Positions 17,999-27,981 of a stretch of 64,000 nt of DNA are shown here, one piece after another. The position numbers were made by a program, and so were the translations under genes. The number at the start of each line of letters is the position of its first letter. Position 1 is the first letter of the stretch. This DNA comes from an uncultured Actinomycetes bacterium (lineage in GTDB: Bacteria > Actinomycetota > Acidimicrobiia > Acidimicrobiales > JACCXE01). The notes under the pieces are model-generated. The model searched no databases. It was not told the origin of the DNA and worked only from the letters and a program-made list of their open reading frames with translations. The stretch spans positions 386,918 to 450,917 of the forward strand of contig CAVRKD010000004.1 in assembly GCA_963722185.1 (NCBI GenBank). Direction: 5' to 3'.

Positions 17999-19456
17999 GT
18001 GACAACTACGAAGCTCCGATGTGCAGCGCTGCTAGTCGCTCTGGCCCTGGTGGCCAGCGGGTGCGGCGCGCGCCTAACCGAACAACAAGTGACGGCGGTG
18101 AAGGCTGGCCAGGCCACGAATGGCTCCAGCGGGTTCCCGACCGACGACACCACGCCCGACGACGGCGGCACGGCCACCGACGACACGACACCGGGCAGTA
18201 GTGGCGGCACCGGCGGCGGCTCGTCGGGCGGCGGTTCGACGCGCACGACGCTGGCGGGCAGCGGTCCGGTGGCGGCCGGCGTGAATCCGCACGTCGCTCC
18301 TGCCGGCGGCAACGGCGGCGCCACCGACGTCGGCGTGACCGCGACCTCGATCACGCTCGGCAACGTCGCCACGCTCACGGGCCCAGTGCCCGGCCTGTTC
18401 GCCGGCGCGACGGTCGGCGCCCAAGCCGTGGTCGCCTACGAGAACTCGCTCGGCGGTCTGTGGGGACGCAAGTTCAAGCTCGACGCTCGCGACGACCAGT
18501 TCGACAGCGGGCAGCACCGCTCGCAGACCGGCGACCTCATTACCAAGTCGCTGGCGATGCTCGGGACCGTTCTCGCTCTACGACGACGCCGCCGCCGCGC
18601 AGATGAAGGCGGCGAACATTCCCGACGTCGGCCATTCGCTCGGCTTCGAACGCCTGAAGATCCCCAACAACTTCTCGATTCAACCGTCGGTGCCTGGCGG
18701 CCCAACCTCGTATTTCAACTACTTCAAGCAACGCAACCCCAACGGCATCAAGGCCGTCGGCAGCATCTACTCCGACATCCCGTCCGCGGTGGCGTTGCAG
18801 CAAGGCTTTGTGAAGGCGGCCGAGTCCGTCGGCTACAAGTTCATCTACCAACGCGCCATCGGCGCGACCGAGACCGACTTCACCTCCGACGTCGTGCGCA
18901 TGCGCGACAGCGGCGTGAAGATTGGTGTTCCTCATTTCGATCGACGACAAGAGCATCGCCCGCTTCGCCAAGGCCATGAAGTCCCAAGGCTTCAAGCCCG
19001 ACGCGTTGATCGTCGGCGCTTCGGGCTACGACGCCGACGTGCCCGCGCTGGCGTCTGAAGCCATCGAGGGCATGTTCGTCGTAACCAGCACCTCGTTGTA
19101 CGGCGGCGAAGACTCGGCGGCGATCGAGGAGGTCGCGCTGTTCAACAGGTGGATCCAGAAGGTCAAGCCCGGCTACAAACCCGACATCTTCGCGGCGTAC
19201 TCGTGGGCCTCGGGCCGCCTGCTGTTCCAAGCGATGGAAAACATCGGTCCTAAACCGACCCGCGCCGCCATCAACGACGCCATCCGCAAGATCGGGGCCT
19301 ACGACGCCAATGGACTGTTCGCGGCGTCGAACCCCGGGGCCAAGCTACCCGGCGCCCTGCTTCATCCTCGCCAAGGTGACAGGCGGCAAGTACGTGCGCT
19401 TCGACTCGCCGAAGTCGGGTTTCCGCTGTAGCGACGGACCCTGGTTCACTCCGTGA
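17999..19456 (+). pseudogene. Liv-type (branched-chain amino acid family) ABC substrate-binding lipoprotein; three frameshifts (~18565, GG 18924-25, ~19353)
   Basis: Signal peptide plus lipobox LALVASGCG and a long Gly/Thr/Asp-rich linker. Type-I periplasmic binding fold pieces in ORFs 17936.., 18603.., 18922.. and a last frame ending at TGA 19454-56. Confidence 0.75.
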
Positions 19457-21322
19457 CCGCGTTCCTGGCGTACAGCGTCATCGGCATCGCCACCGGTTGC
19501 ATCTACGCGCTGACAGCCAGCGGTCTCGTGGTGACGTACACGACGTCAGGCATCTTCAACTTCGCCCACGGCGCCATCGGCATGCTGATGGCCTTCACCT
19601 ACTGGCAGCTCACAGTCGAGAACGGCTGGCCGCAGTGGCTGGCGCTGATCGTCGTCCTCGGCTTGATCGCTCCCGCGCTGGGCGCGCTCATCCAGCGCGG
19701 GTTGATGAGCCGCCTCTACGGCTCGTCGATTTCCACGACGCTCGTGATCACGCTCGGACTGCTCCTCAGTTGCATCGGCGTCGCCACGATTCTGTGGGAC
19801 CCGGGTGAACCGCGCTCGATGCCGGAGTTCTTCGCCGGCAACAGCGTGAAGGTGTTCAGCATCTTCGTCAGCTACCACCAGTTGACGATGATGAGCGTGG
19901 CCGTGCTCGTGGCCGTGTTCCTGCGGCTGTTCCTGTTCCGCACCCGCATCGGCACCGCCATGCGCGCCGTGGTCGACGATCCGGAGTTGGCCGCGCTCAA
20001 CGGCGCCGCGCCCGAGCGCGTCGCCGCGGTGAGTTGGGCGCTCGGCGCCTCGCTCGCCGGACTCGCCGGCATCCTGCTGGCGCCGCTCGTGTCGCTCGAC
20101 ATCATCTTGCTGACCCTGCTCGTCATCAACGGCTACGCGGCGGCGATGGTCGGACGGCTTGCGCAGCCTGCCGCTCACCTTCGTCGGCGGCTTGGCGCTC
20201 GGACTCGCCGAGGCGCACACCATCGGCAACCTGCCGACGAACATCCTGAACATCGTCAAGCCGGCGCTGCCGATCATCTTCCTGTACGCCGTGTTGCTCC
20301 TCCTGCCGCAGGCGCGCTTGCGCGTCGGGCGCATCGTCACGCCGCGGGCGCCGCGGGTGGCGTCGATGCGCGAGTCGCTCGTCGCCGGCGCCGGGTTCCT
20401 GGCGCTCGCCGGTGTGCTGACGGCGGTGCTGTCGCCCACCGACTTGTTCACGCTCGGCCAGGGTGTTGTCTACGCGCTGATCATGCTGTCGCTGGTGCTG
20501 CTGACGGGTTACGCCGGGCAGGTGTCGTTGGCGCAGATGACCTTCGTCGGCATCGGCGCCTTCGCCATGGGCAAGTTCTTCGACGGCGGCTCGGTGCTCG
20601 GCATCGTCGCCGCGGCGGTGCTCGCCGGCATCGCCGGCGCGCTGGCGGCGTTGCCGGCCATCCGCCTACAAGGTCTGTACCTGGCGCTGAGCACGCTGGC
20701 CTTCGCGCAGGGCATGAGCGCGCTGTTCTTCAAGAATCAGAACGTCTTCGGCTACGGCGGGCGGCTCGAGGTCAAGCGGCCCGACATCCTCGGTCTCTCG
20801 TTCAAGGGCGACAAGGCGTTCTTCATGCTGATCTGCATCGCCTTCGCGGGCTGCGGCATCGGGGTGCTGGCGTTGCGGCGCGGACCGTTCGGCCGCCGAC
20901 TCGTCGCCATGCGCGAAAGCCCGGCAGCATGCGCCACGCTCGGCCTCAGCCTCACCATGACCAAGCTGACCGTGTTCGCGCTCTCGTCGGCCATGGCCGG
21001 GCTCGCCGGCGCGTTCTACGGCGGGCTGCGCGGGCAGGTCGGCCTCAACGACTTCGAGATGCTGCAGAGCCTCGTGCTGCTGCTGCTCGTCTCGGTGGCC
21101 GGCATCAACACGGTGACGGGCGCGTTGATGGGCGGCGTGACGTTCGGACTCTTCCCCAAGATCCAGCGAGCGCTGCCCGACGTCAAAGCGTTGTCGTTCC
21201 TCGGTGCCGGCTTCGGCGCGATCGCGCTCGGTCGCAACCCCAACGGGTGGACGAGCGAGGTCGGTCCCAACGTGGCCAAGGCCCGCGAGGCAATCCGCGG
21301 TGTGCGCGCGCCCGGCGCCTGA
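19453..21322 (+). pseudogene. fused LivH-LivM-type ABC permease; one frameshift ~20158
   Basis: GTGA overlap with the SBP gene. The LivH-like half (GIFNFAHGAIGMLMAF, RIGTAMRAVVDDPELAALNG) runs without a stop into the LivM-like half (LLTGYAGQVSLAQMTFVGIGAF, RLVAMRESPAACATLG). Confidence 0.75.
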
Positions 21323-21339
21323 AGTGGAGGTGGCCCCGA

Positions 21340-22067
21340 ATGCTTGAGGTCGACAACATCGACGTGCGCTTCGGCGCGATCTTGGCGTTGCACGAGGTGG
21401 CTCTGACGGCGGAGGCCGGGCAGCGTCACCGGCCTCATCGGCCCCAACGGCGCCGGCAAGACGACGCTGTTCAACGTCATCACCGGCTTGCAGCAACCGA
21501 CGCGCGGGCACCGTCGTCATCGACGGAAAAGACGTGACGTCGATGAAGCCGCACCACCGGGCCCGCCAGCGCGTCGCCCGCACGTTCCAGCGCCTCGAGG
21601 TGTTCGGCGCGTTGACCGCCCGCGAGAACATTCTCGTCGCCGCCGAGATCCGCAATAAGTGGGACTCGACCAACGAAGAGCCGCGGCGCGTGGCCGCCGA
21701 GATCCTCGAGCGCGTCGGCCTCACCGACGTCGCCGACCGCCCCGTCGACGCCATGCCGACGGGTATCGCCCGCCTGGTCGAGCTCGGCCGGGCGCTGGCC
21801 ATCCGTCCGAAGCTGGTGCTGCTCGACGAGCCGGGTTCGGGCCTCGACCCCGAAGAGACGCACGCCCTCGGCGACTTGCTGGTGGAGCTGGCGGGCGACG
21901 GCATGGCGATTCTTCTCGTCGAGCACGACGTCGAACTGGTCATGCGCATCTGTGACGACCTGTACGTGCTGGACTTCGGCGTATTGATCGCCCACGGAAC
22001 CCCCGCGCAGGTGCAGGCAGACGGCGCCGTGCAAGCCGCCTATCTCGGCGTGGACATCCCGGCATGA
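21340..22067 (+). pseudogene. ABC ATPase, LivG-type; two frameshifts at GGG 21418-20 and GGG 21506-08
   Basis: RBS GGAGG upstream. Walker [13 protein letters not shown] lies in the middle frame. LLLDEPGSGLD, LLVEHDVELV. Confidence 0.8.
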
Positions 22068-23338
22068 GACGCGGACTGCGGCTCGTCGTCGCTGGCGCGG
22101 CCGCGGCGGTGTTGAGTGTCGGCACGTTCGCCGTCGACGCCCCGTCGGCCGGCGCCGAGGGACTACTGGGCTACGACATGACGGCCGACGCCCGCGGCGC
22201 CCAGGTCTTCACCGTGGTCCCCGACTCGCAGCTGCAGCCGGAGTTGAACATCCCGCAAGCCAGCGCGGCCCAGCAGTCAGGCACCGGCTACGGGCTGGCG
22301 AGCTCGGCGTGGCCCGGGGCCATCGTCGCCAACGGCGGCACGCTGCTCGGCATCCTCATCCCCGGCTTCCCGCCCGAAGTGGCGGCGCTACTCGTGTATC
22401 CCGTGCGGGCCGAGGCACGCACGGGTCAGGACCCGCCGACCACCTCGTACGACGCACCTGGCATCATCATGCGGTCGCGCGCCGACGACACCTCGGCCGA
22501 AGCCGAAGCGCGCGCTCAGGGCGTGTCGGTATTGCCCGGCTCGTTCGGCGCCATCAAGACCACGGCCAGTACACGGGCCACGGCGAACACGGCGGTGTCC
22601 ACTGCTCGCAGTGAGATCCAGAACCTCGACCTCGCCGGCGTGCTCAAGATCAGCCAGATCGTGAGCACGGCGAAGGCGACCAGCGACGGCGAGAAGGGCA
22701 GCGGCACTGCGAGCACGGTCATCACCGGTGCGACCGTGATGGGCCAAGGCGTGACCATCGACGAAACCGGCCTGCACTTCGGCGACACCAACACTCCGGT
22801 CGACGCCGTCATCCAACAGGTGGCGAAGCAGGCGTTGGACGCAGCGGGCATCAAGGTCACGCTCGGCCCGGCGACGAAGGAACTGCAGGGCGCCTCGGCG
22901 ATCCTCGGCGCCAACTCACTCGTCATCACGCTCACGCAGAACGGCTTCACGGTCGGCTTCACCGTCGGCGGCGCCCGCGCCGCGTCGGTGGCGTCGTCGG
23001 AGGACGCGCTCGACGACCTGCTCGATGTGGACACCGACGTGCTCGGCGACGACTTCGGCGACGATTCGTTCACCGGCGACCTGGGGTTCGGCGATCTCGG
23101 CGGCCTGGACGATGGCGCGGTTGACCTCGGCGGCGACGGCGGCTCAAGTAACGGACCGACCGTCGACCTCACGCCGACGGCCGCCGCGGCGACCGGCCGC
23201 GGCCTGTCCCGTACGGCGATAATCCTCGGCGCCCTGGCAGCGTTCTTGGTGGGCATCGGTCTGCGGAGGCTGAACACCGCGGTGCTGGCCGACCCGAACG
23301 CGGCGATCGCCTGCAAGCTCCCGGGCTACGACGAATGA
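22064..23338 (+). CDS. exported, C-terminally membrane-anchored protein of unknown function inserted between the two ABC ATPase genes
   Basis: Intact 424 aa with ATGA overlaps on both sides and very high GC3. Signal peptide MRRGLRLVVAGAAAAVLSVGTFAVDAPSAGA. Acidic tract DDLLDVDTDVLGDDFGDDSFTGDLGFGDLGGLDDG. TM helix TAIILGALAAFLVGIGL followed by RR. Confidence 0.65.
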   Translation: MRRGLRLVVAGAAAAVLSVGTFAVDAPSAGAEGLLGYDMTADARGAQVFTVVPDSQLQPELNIPQASAAQQSGTGYGLASSAWPGAIVANGGTLLGILIPGFPPEVAALLVYPVRAEARTGQDPPTTSYDAPGIIMRSRADDTSAEAEARAQGVSVLPGSFGAIKTTASTRATANTAVSTARSEIQNLDLAGVLKISQIVSTAKATSDGEKGSGTASTVITGATVMGQGVTIDETGLHFGDTNTPVDAVIQQVAKQALDAAGIKVTLGPATKELQGASAILGANSLVITLTQNGFTVGFTVGGARAASVASSEDALDDLLDVDTDVLGDDFGDDSFTGDLGFGDLGGLDDGAVDLGGDGGSSNGPTVDLTPTAAAATGRGLSRTAIILGALAAFLVGIGLRRLNTAVLADPNAAIACKLPGYDE

Positions 23339-24048
23339 CGACGCCGCCAGCCCTCGAATTGCGCGACGTCCGCGCCGCCTACGGGCGCATCGAAGTGCTG
23401 CACGGCGTGTCCATCACCGTCCCCAGCGGCAGCGTGTTCGCGCTGCTCGGCGGCAACGGCGCCGGCAAGTCCACGATCCACAAAGTCGCCAGTGGCCGGC
23501 TGGCGCCCACGAGCGGCTGCGTGCACGTGGCCGGCGTCCACATCAACGGCGCCGATCCCGACGCCATCGCCCGCGCCGGCGTCTGCACGATCCCCGAAGG
23601 CCGCGGCGTGTTCCCGAACCTGTCGGTCAACGAGAACTTGAAGATGATGACGTACCGCGGCGGGCTGCGGCTGCGCGACGTCGAGGAGCGCGCTTTCACG
23701 CGCTTCCCGCGGCTGAAGGAACGGCGGAAGCAACTCGCGGGCACCATGTCGGGTGGCGAGCAGCAGATGCTGGCCATGGCGCGGGCGCTGGTGACGGAGC
23801 CGTCTTTGTTGTTGCTCGACGAGATCTCTATCGGGCTCGCACCGATCATCGTCGGCCAGCTGTACGAGATCGTGCGGCAGATCCGCGACGAGGGCATTTC
23901 GATTCTGGTCGTCGAGCAGTTCGCGCGGACCGCGCTGAAGGTCGCCGACTACGCGGCCGTCATGGCCCACGGCGAAATCATCCACGTCGGCGAACCCAAG
24001 GACATTGAAGATGAAGTTTCCGCCGCCTACCTCGGAGGGGCCGCATGA
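23335..24048 (+). CDS. ABC ATPase, LivF-type
   Basis: 237 aa; Walker A LLGGNGAGKST, signature MSGGEQQML, Walker B LLLLDEISIGLAP. Confidence 0.85.
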   Translation: MTTPPALELRDVRAAYGRIEVLHGVSITVPSGSVFALLGGNGAGKSTIHKVASGRLAPTSGCVHVAGVHINGADPDAIARAGVCTIPEGRGVFPNLSVNENLKMMTYRGGLRLRDVEERAFTRFPRLKERRKQLAGTMSGGEQQMLAMARALVTEPSLLLLDEISIGLAPIIVGQLYEIVRQIRDEGISILVVEQFARTALKVADYAAVMAHGEIIHVGEPKDIEDEVSAAYLGGAA

Positions 24049-24597
24049 CCACCACCACATCAGACATCGCCGTTGACCTCGAGTCGTCGCGCGAGCGGCG
24101 GCTCGCACGCGCCATGTCGTCGCTGCGCACCCGCACGCAAGGCACCGACGCCGCGCGCGTGTTGTTGATCATCGGTTCGATCGCCGCGCCGCTCGGGCTG
24201 ATCTTCATCTACCTCGGGTGGATGGGCGCGTCACGCACTCCGAACTTGTACGAGCAGATCCCGTATTCGATCAGCGGCGGCATGCTCGGCCTCGGCCTCG
24301 TATTTGGCGGCGGGTTCGCCTACTTCGCCTACTGGATGACGCTGCTCGTGCGCGCGACCCAGCGCGACACCGCCGAGACGCGCGCCGTGCTCGAACGCAT
24401 CGAGGTCTTGCTAAGCGGCGGCGCCGAGCGCGTCGTCGGTCGTCGCCGACCTCGTGCCCGCGCAGACCTACGTCGCCACCGCCAAGGGCTCGCTGTACCA
24501 CCGCCCCGACTGCGCGTCCGTCGCCGGCCGCAAAGGCGTCAAGAAAGTCGACCCGTCGAAGACATCGCTGAACCCCTGCCGTATCTGTAACCCCTAA
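24045..24597 (+). pseudogene. two-TM membrane protein with a C-terminal His/Cys3 zinc-ribbon-like tail; one frameshift ~24438
   Basis: ATGA overlap with livF. TM1 VLLIIGSIAAPLGLIFIYLGW, TM2 GGMLGLGLVFGGGFAYFAYWMTLLV. The tail in the next frame, GSLYHRPDCASVAGRKGVKKVDPSKTSLNPCRICNP, resembles the Ada-type metal-binding motif. Confidence 0.55.
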
Positions 24598-24604
24598 CCC
24601 TCAC

Positions 24605-24652
24605 CGTTTGGGTGCGTGTGTTCGCCGATCTTCAGCTACGCGCACCCAAACG
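24605..24652. terminator. hairpin between convergent genes (12-bp perfect stem, 24-nt loop)
   Basis: CGTTTGGGTGCG ... CGCACCCAAACG. Lies in the 60-nt gap between the stops at 24597 (+) and 24658 (-). No U-tract. Confidence 0.4.
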
Positions 24653-24657
24653 TGGAC

Positions 24658-25787
24658 TTACGCGCCGAGTTGCTCCTCGCGTTGGCGTTGGGTGGAGTGC
24701 ATGTCGTCCTTGTCGAACTGGGGGATGACGTACTTGCCGAAGGTTTCGACGGCTTCGACGGCGATCTCGACCGGCATCGTCGACGACAGCATGCCGAAGC
24801 TGAGTCTGGTCGGCGCCGATGTCGGCGTAGCCCTGCACCGTCTTGGCGCACTCGTCGGGCGTGCCGATCGTCGCCAAGCCGGCGGCGATCATGCCGTCCA
24901 TCTGTTCGGGTGTCATGTCGGGAATCAGGTTCGGCCACTCCGGGATGCCCGGCGGCTTGGGGAACGTGTCGAGGTACCGGAACACCAAACTCGTGTGGTA
25001 GCCCGACGTCATGTTGCACGCGATGTCGCGCGCCTTTTGCCCATCCTCCAGGCACAGCATCTGGGAGGTCACCATCACGTTGTTGTTGACGTACTCGCCG
25101 ACGGGCTCGGCGTTCTTGATCTCGCGCTTGTAGGTCTCGATGAGCGGGGCGAGCGAGGCGGGTGATCCCGTCGTGAAGCACAACACGCCGAGGCCCATGC
25201 GCGCCGCCTTCTCGAAGGTCGACGGGCTGCCGGCGGCGACCCACATCGGCGGGTGCGGCTTGGTGTACGGCTTGGGCAGCACGTTGCGCTCCGGCATCGA
25301 GAAGATGCTTGCCCTCGAAGGAGTACATCTCGTCGCGCCACATCTTCTTGAACTCGGGGATGACCTCGTCGAACATCTCCTTGGTCAGCTCCGGGTCGTC
25401 GATGCCGAAGCCCTTCTGTTCGGTGGACGACGAGCCGCGGCCCATGCCGAACTCGAAGCGGCCGCCGCTGAGGTGGTCGAGCATGGCGACCTTCTCGGCG
25501 ACGCGCGCCGGCGGGCTGACCGGCGGCGTGATGTTGAAGATGCCGCTGCCGAGGTGGATGCGATTCGTCACACCCGAGAGGTAGGCGAGGAACGCCTCGT
25601 TGGAGGAGAGGTGGGAGTACTCGGTGAGGAAGTGGTGCTCGGTGGCCCACGTGTACTTGAAGCCCGAGCGGTCGGCCGCCTTGACCCACTCGATCTCGTC
25701 CATCAGGCGGTTGTGCTCCGCGTACTGCGGGTCGCGGTCCTTCAGAACGTTGGGCAGGTACAGGCTGTTGAAGATGCCGAATTCCAT
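24658..25787 (-). pseudogene. LLM-class flavin-dependent monooxygenase; two frameshifts (~25303, ~24806)
   Basis: MEFGIFNSLYLP..WATEHHFLTEYSHLSSNEAFLAYL..LDHLSGGRFEFGMGRGSS. Continues as PERNVLPKPYTKPHPPMWVAAGSP, then LSFGMLSSTMPVEIAVEAVETFGKYVIPQF in a third frame. Confidence 0.8.
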
Positions 25788-25820
25788 GGCGGATTCCCCT
25801 CCGGTTGCGCTGCCCAAAAC

Positions 25821-25834
25821 TGTAACAGGTTCTA
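25821..25834. promoter_or_regulatory. KstR operator-like box TGTAACAGGTTCTA
   Basis: Fits TnnAACnnGTTnnA. Lies 34 nt upstream of the minus-strand LLM start (25787). Confidence 0.6.
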
Positions 25835-26759
25835 TTTCAGCGCAACAGGGTTGACGGGGGTTCCAAGGCCGCCGACGAAGGGCTCGGGCGACGCGGACAG
25901 CATGAAGTCGTAAACCCCGTCCTCCGCGCAATCCGCCGAGAGCGCCTCCAGGTCGAAGTTCTGGCCCTGCAGCAGGCCCATTTCCACCAGGTGCAGCAGG
26001 TGGACGGGCAGGAGGAACTCGGGGTCGTCGCCCGGGCAGCGCCTCGAACGGGAAGGTGTCGGTGGCCACCGCGGCAACGTCGTGGTGGCGCATCCACTGC
26101 ACGCTGTGGATCGACGGCCCGGGGCTCGGGTAGGCGTAGCCGTTCTTGTCGCCGGCGTGGAGTAGCTGCATCCAGCCGGTACGGAGCAGGACGATGTCGC
26201 CGGGAACGACTTCGACGCGCGCGAACTCGGCGGCGGCGTCGAGGTCGTCGCCGGTGATGCAGTAACCAGGCTCGAGGCGGTCAAGGCCCTTGGCGCGCGC
26301 GACGTCGAGTAGGACGCCGCGACTGATGAGCGTGGCGATCGTGTTGATGCCGCACTTGCTGGCGCCGCGCTCGTCGATCGACGACGTCGGGTAGCCGTTG
26401 TAAAGGCGCCCGTCGTACGTGGCGTGCACGAGCGCGTCCCAGTGCGTCGCCGCTTGCAGTCCCATCGTGACGACGTCGTCGCTCGACGCGAACCCGGTCG
26501 GGTCACCGAAGGCCGGTTCGTTGATCATGATCATCGTGCGGCTCGGGTTGACGCGTCCCTTCACGAATCCCATCTGCGGGCCGTCTTCGGACAACGGGAT
26601 GGCGAGTGAGAACGCCTTGCCGGTCTTGACGCAGGCGGCGGCGCGCCGGCGGACGTCGTCGGTGACGAGGTTGATCGTCCCGAGTTCGTCGTCGTCGCCC
26701 CAGCGACCCCAGTTGTTGACCTTGGCCGCTAGTTCGCGAAACGCATCGGGTGCCGGCAT
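25832..26759 (-). pseudogene. cyclase-family protein (kynurenine-formamidase-like metal hydrolase); one frameshift at CCCGGG 26031-36
   Basis: NNWGRWGDDDELGTINL, THWDALVH, GDIVLLRTGW. The C-terminus DDPEFLLPVHLLHLVEMGLLQGQNFDLE is in ORF 25832..26506. Confidence 0.75.
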
Positions 26760-26768
26760 GTGTTCAAC

Positions 26769-27530
26769 CTACGGGACGCGGTCGGCGTTGAGCGCGGCGT
26801 CCATGCCGCCGTCGACGAACAGCACTGCGCCGTGCACGTTCACCGCGTCGTCGGACAGCAGGAACACGACGGCGGCGGCGACCTCGTCGGCGGTGGCGCG
26901 GCCTGGTCGCGGTGACGGCAGGAAGTCGACGGTGGGGCCGAGTTCGGGATCGTCGATGGTTCGTTGCAGCAAGGGCGACGCAAACGGGCCGGGCGCTACG
27001 GCGTTGCAGCGCACACCAATGGCGCCGAGATCGGTGACGCGGTGCCGCACGGCGCGGGCGAGCGCGCGCTTGGTGTTGCCGTAGACCATCGCCGAGTGCA
27101 TGCCGGCGGCTTGGGCACGGGCGCCCTCCTCGTCGCCCGCGGCCAGCGCCGCGAGGAACGCTGGTTCCTCCGGGATCATCGCCGCTGAGTTCGAGCTGAT
27201 GGCCACGATCGCCGCCGGCGCGTTCGCCGCCAGTAACGGCGTGAGCGCATCGAGCAACTCCACGGCACCGAAGTAGTTGACCGACGTCATCGCCACCGGA
27301 TCACTCGGCGGGCCGAGCCCGGCAGCGGGGACGAGGCCGTAGAGCGCGCCGCCGCAAGCGTCGCTGATGGCGGCCACGGCGTGCGCCCGGCCGTCTTTGG
27401 TGGACAGGTCGGCGTCGATGTCGCTGCCGGCGAGGTCGACGCCGATGACGCGGTCACCGCCGGCGTCGAGGCGTCGCCGCACGGCCGCGCCCAGTCCCGA
27501 CGCGGCTCCGGTTACGGCGATGGTTCGCAT
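26769..27530 (-). CDS. SDR, 3alpha-hydroxysteroid dehydrogenase/carbonyl reductase-like
   Basis: 253 aa; IAVTGAASGLGAA..VIGVDL..DIDADLSTKDGR..VNYFGAVELLDA..YGNTKRAL..GVRCNAVAPGP tracks my recollection of Comamonas testosteroni 3alpha-HSD/CR (ISGCATGIGAA..IVGIDIRDAEVIADLSTAEGR..VNYFGATEL). Confidence 0.7.
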   Translation of the reverse strand: MRTIAVTGAASGLGAAVRRRLDAGGDRVIGVDLAGSDIDADLSTKDGRAHAVAAISDACGGALYGLVPAAGLGPPSDPVAMTSVNYFGAVELLDALTPLLAANAPAAIVAISSNSAAMIPEEPAFLAALAAGDEEGARAQAAGMHSAMVYGNTKRALARAVRHRVTDLGAIGVRCNAVAPGPFASPLLQRTIDDPELGPTVDFLPSPRPGRATADEVAAAVVFLLSDDAVNVHGAVLFVDGGMDAALNADRVP

Positions 27531-27981
27531 GAACAGGTCAAACTACGGCGTGCCCACCGATGGCGTCGTCCTGCACGTGGTTGCGCCGGTCGCCCCGGCG
27601 AAACCCGTCGAGGAAATGCACGACCTCGATATTCAGACGATGTACGACTCGTTGCCCCAGCTCGCTCTCATGATGCTGAAGCAGGGCCACGCTGACGGCG
27701 CGACGCGATTCGTCTTCGTGATCCCATCGATCGTCGAGATGGGCGCTGCCGGTCACGCCGCGACGTGTGCGGGCGCGGAGGCGGTCCGCGTGCTCGCGCT
27801 CAGCGCGGCGCGGCAGTGGATCGCCGACGGCGTGACCGTCAACTGCATCTCGGCGCCCTGGCCGTATGCCGAGTCGCTCGAAGACGACATCGGGCCGATC
27901 GTCGAGTTCCTCGCCAGCGAAGCCGGGGCGAACGTGAGTGGCGAAACCATTCGCATTGGCGGACCGGACCAAGGACTGTGA
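27529..27981 (+). CDS. truncated SDR-like protein lacking the Rossmann N-terminus and the YxxxK catalytic motif
   Basis: 150 aa, aligning only with the C-terminal two-thirds of its neighbour (GVTVNCISAPWP vs GVTVNCIAPIAL; DIGPIVEFLASEAGANVSGETI vs DIGPVVAFLASEAAGYVTGQTI). Its stop overlaps the next start (GTGA). The start is uncertain. Confidence 0.5.
   Translation: MNRSNYGVPTDGVVLHVVAPVAPAKPVEEMHDLDIQTMYDSLPQLALMMLKQGHADGATRFVFVIPSIVEMGAAGHAATCAGAEAVRVLALSAARQWIADGVTVNCISAPWPYAESLEDDIGPIVEFLASEAGANVSGETIRIGGPDQGL

Noticed and set aside
24636-26759. 707-aa minus-strand ORF spanning the cyclase gene, the intergenic KstR box and most of the LLM gene.
   Set aside because: It is a read-through artefact created by the frameshifts. 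The cyclase C-terminus continues in ORF 25832-26506 and stops at 25832, and the LLM protein starts at MEFGIF (25787).
27526-27545. Possible KstR-like box CATGAACAGGTCAAAC at the head-to-head SDR starts.
   Set aside because: Only the central AAC-NN-G part matches. Both outer arms fail the TnnAACnnGTTnnA pattern, and the sequence is coding on both strands.
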